Notes under the pieces: generated by a model
Told to the model about the DNA's origin: nothing
The model's database searches: none
What the model saw: only the letters and a program-made list of their open reading frames with translations
Position numbers and translations under genes: made by a program
Assembly: GCA_024704765.1 (NCBI GenBank)
Contig: JAKMXF010000343.1
Span: forward strand, 973,095 to 1,037,094
Length of the DNA stretch: 64,000 bases
DNA from: Oopsacas minuta
Taxonomy: Eukaryota > Animalia > Porifera
Reading direction: 5' to 3'
Shown: piece after piece, positions 61,378-64,000 of the stretch
Position numbering within the stretch: position 1 is the stretch's first letter
How the letters are laid out: each line of letters starts with the position of its first letter

Positions 61378-64000
61378 TTGTAGGGTATTAGAGAATTTAG
61401 TGTGTCGCGTACACACGGTCCACTTGCAGTGTATCAGAAAACTGAAATGCCTGTGGGTCATTAAAATGTATTCGATCGACAGGGATAGTATCATAATGCT
61501 TTAGTAATCCTTGACGAGGCAGTAATATTAAATTCTACCTACTCCTAGTGTCTGCGTACATCCTGATTATTGGTAAGTGTATTTGGAGGAAGCGATTAGC
61601 TAGCTATATATATATAATAATTGATTGCAACAGGTTTTTAATCAAATTAGTTAATGCTATTGCATCTAATCGATGATTATGTGTATTTAGCTCACGAGTG
61701 TGAAGTTGGTTGAATATTCGACCAGCAGTACTTAAACCATTAATTTGGCTAACATCCCATGGCCATAATGTAAATATTTTGGACCATTCGAAAGAAGAGA
61801 TACGGACGTTTCTGATAATAAATGTATATTCAAACACAAATTTAATGAAACATTCTAATCCATTCTAACTATTGTAACACATAGAGATTACTGCAATATC
61901 AACTGTTGATGTAATACGAAATGATTTATGTATCTAAATATACTTGATTTATTGGTAAAGAGATATTCAGTGCAATAAATACGAAAACATTCTTCAAAAT
62001 TACAGAATACATCAAATTATAAGATTATATGATCCTTGCATAGTCTTGAATTGTAGCGTTATGAGGTGATGTAGTTAGTTGTTGTGTACCTCTCAAGTAG
62101 GCTTCAGAAGTGTTGAAGCTATAAGGACTCACATATATATTCTAGGTTAGATAATTTATCTTCACTTTTCTGTTATCAATGTCTATTTCTATCTTTCTTA
62201 CCTGTTCCTTTCCTTGTTCAATGCTCGTATGGCGTAACATTATGCTTCAGAGATACCCTGTGTTGCAGAGCAAAAAGGAGCGGGCTCCTATTTAATTGCA
62301 AACAATTTACAAATTTCATCGTTATTCTGTTGACATGGGGTTTTGGTATTATTACGAAAACTGTATAATAGCTAAGCTATATATAAGGAATCAAATATAG
62401 AAATACATATATGAGGGGTAGGACACCAGGAGTTGGCCTGAATATACTTAATTAATATATTTAAGTAGTACAGGGCCTCATATACACCGGGTTTTAATTA
62501 GAGATTATACAGGTTGGTGGTTTATTGTTACCTTACAAGCGAGACACAAGTGTATCTACACTCACTATGCCCTCCAAGGATATCAAATATACGTACAATA
62601 GAACACAACCAACTCATGTCATATCAAACTTCAAAATGCGTTCCTTCACATAAGAGCTAAAGTTATTAGAAGAATTGCAAGTTTTGTGAACATCATATAT
62701 GGACATTGGCACCCAGTTTTAGCAAACAAAATCAAATCTGGGAGATTACCATACGAAATTGCTGCTACCTATATACGAATTTCACATGAATAAGTCTTTA
62801 CCTCAAGCCTGGGGAGTCCAGAGACTCCAAACCCCCAAGGTACCCAAACTTGGCGCCTATGTAAATAGAAGTAGACTCCACTTAATAAGATCACATTGGT
62901 ACCAGGCCATTTTGACCCGATTAAGAGGTATGAAGGTGTTAGTCCGATTAACCTGGAGCTATTTAACACGATTTGCATGGTACTGTTTCTGGCCAAGTGA
63001 CCCGATTAAACGGTTGCTCTATTAAGCGGAGTCTACTGTAGGTCCAGACGATGTTCTTATAATCAAAAATACATTTACTGCTTATATCAAAGTAATAATT
63101 TCCAACAAAGCCTTCAGTTTATTAAATTATCCACAAAATAAAATCCGGTATAAGAGAAGGAACACACATTGGCCGATCCAAGTTGAATATGACGGGAGTT
63201 TAGCGTAGGTTCGATTTTACCAAAACAAAATATAAGAACGCGTAAATTATACAATGTAGTAGTAATTGGGCTATATACCCTTTAACATACAATCTGATAA
63301 TTTAGAATTTCTATTATTAGACCTCTATTGTTGTACCTATACTATAATCTTGTATAAAATTTCTAAAACAGATTATAGTGATTACTTGTATGTACAATAT
63401 ATATTGATCCATTAGCATTAGCGGGAAGCAAATTCAATACATTATCAAATGAAGGACCTTTGTCGGAGAATACATTCCAACCATTTCCAGTCTCTTTCAT
63501 AAACACCCATATATTAATCTTAAATAGAAGCGTTGCTGTAAATACTTTTAAATCTCTATCCCATACTCCATTGCCTTTGATGTTTGTTTATATATATATA
63601 ATCTATTGTGTTCCATTGAGCATTCGGGTATTTGTTAGAAATAAATTTTCCGGAATTTTCTTTTAGCGAAATTGACATACTGTCTACAATGCATTTACGT
63701 ATTATATGAGAAGTATCTGGCGAACTTGACACAGAATATGCTAAGGAAGAAAATAAGCAGTTCCCATCTCCAGGAATATACTGAGTCCTAAAAGTATATA
63801 ATAATTCAACCGCCTGTTCATTAGATATTAATATTGTTTATTCCTAGACTTAGCCTGATATTAAGTAACGTATAACAAATATCAAACTTACCTGTGTGTG
63901 AGAGGGGATTACAACATGGAAGATCATAATTTAAAGTGCATAATTCTATTTAGATCCAAATCTGTTATAATTTAGCATTATTAACTGAGAGGACAACATT

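Noticed and set aside
61400-64000. Short ORFs and a slightly GC-richer patch at 62750-63050
   Set aside because: No recognisable motifs, termini or RNA-gene structure; left unannotated.

Overview
AT-rich eukaryotic DNA, animal-like by its BRE1 RING sequence; the species cannot be determined from sequence alone. Only one host gene is recognisable: a single-ORF BRE1/RNF20-40 E3 ligase (20131-22788, minus). The rest is a dense, heavily nested field of transposons: MULE, mariner DD34D, maT DD37D, DD37E Tc1-like, several hAT groups, PIF/Harbinger, Ginger2/KRBA2-like, Ty3/Gypsy and Transib/RAG1-like. The top finding is a complete 3,112-bp RAG1-like/Transib transposon (57593-60704). It has exact RSS heptamers (CACAGTG) at both ends, a perfect 5-bp TSD (TAATG) and asymmetric bipartite TIRs. 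Its intact 710-aa transposase carries a RAG1 nonamer-binding-domain-like segment and RAG1-like catalytic spacing, and there is no RAG2. A second, diverged relic of the same clade lies at about 13.4-14.9 kb. Other notable structures: a five-level nested TE complex at 28-43 kb whose middle was inverted between two hAT copies that are now near-identical; a triple-nested maT stack at 9.5-13.4 kb; and a hAT element with a 6-bp TSD. All alignments were made by eye, without database searches.
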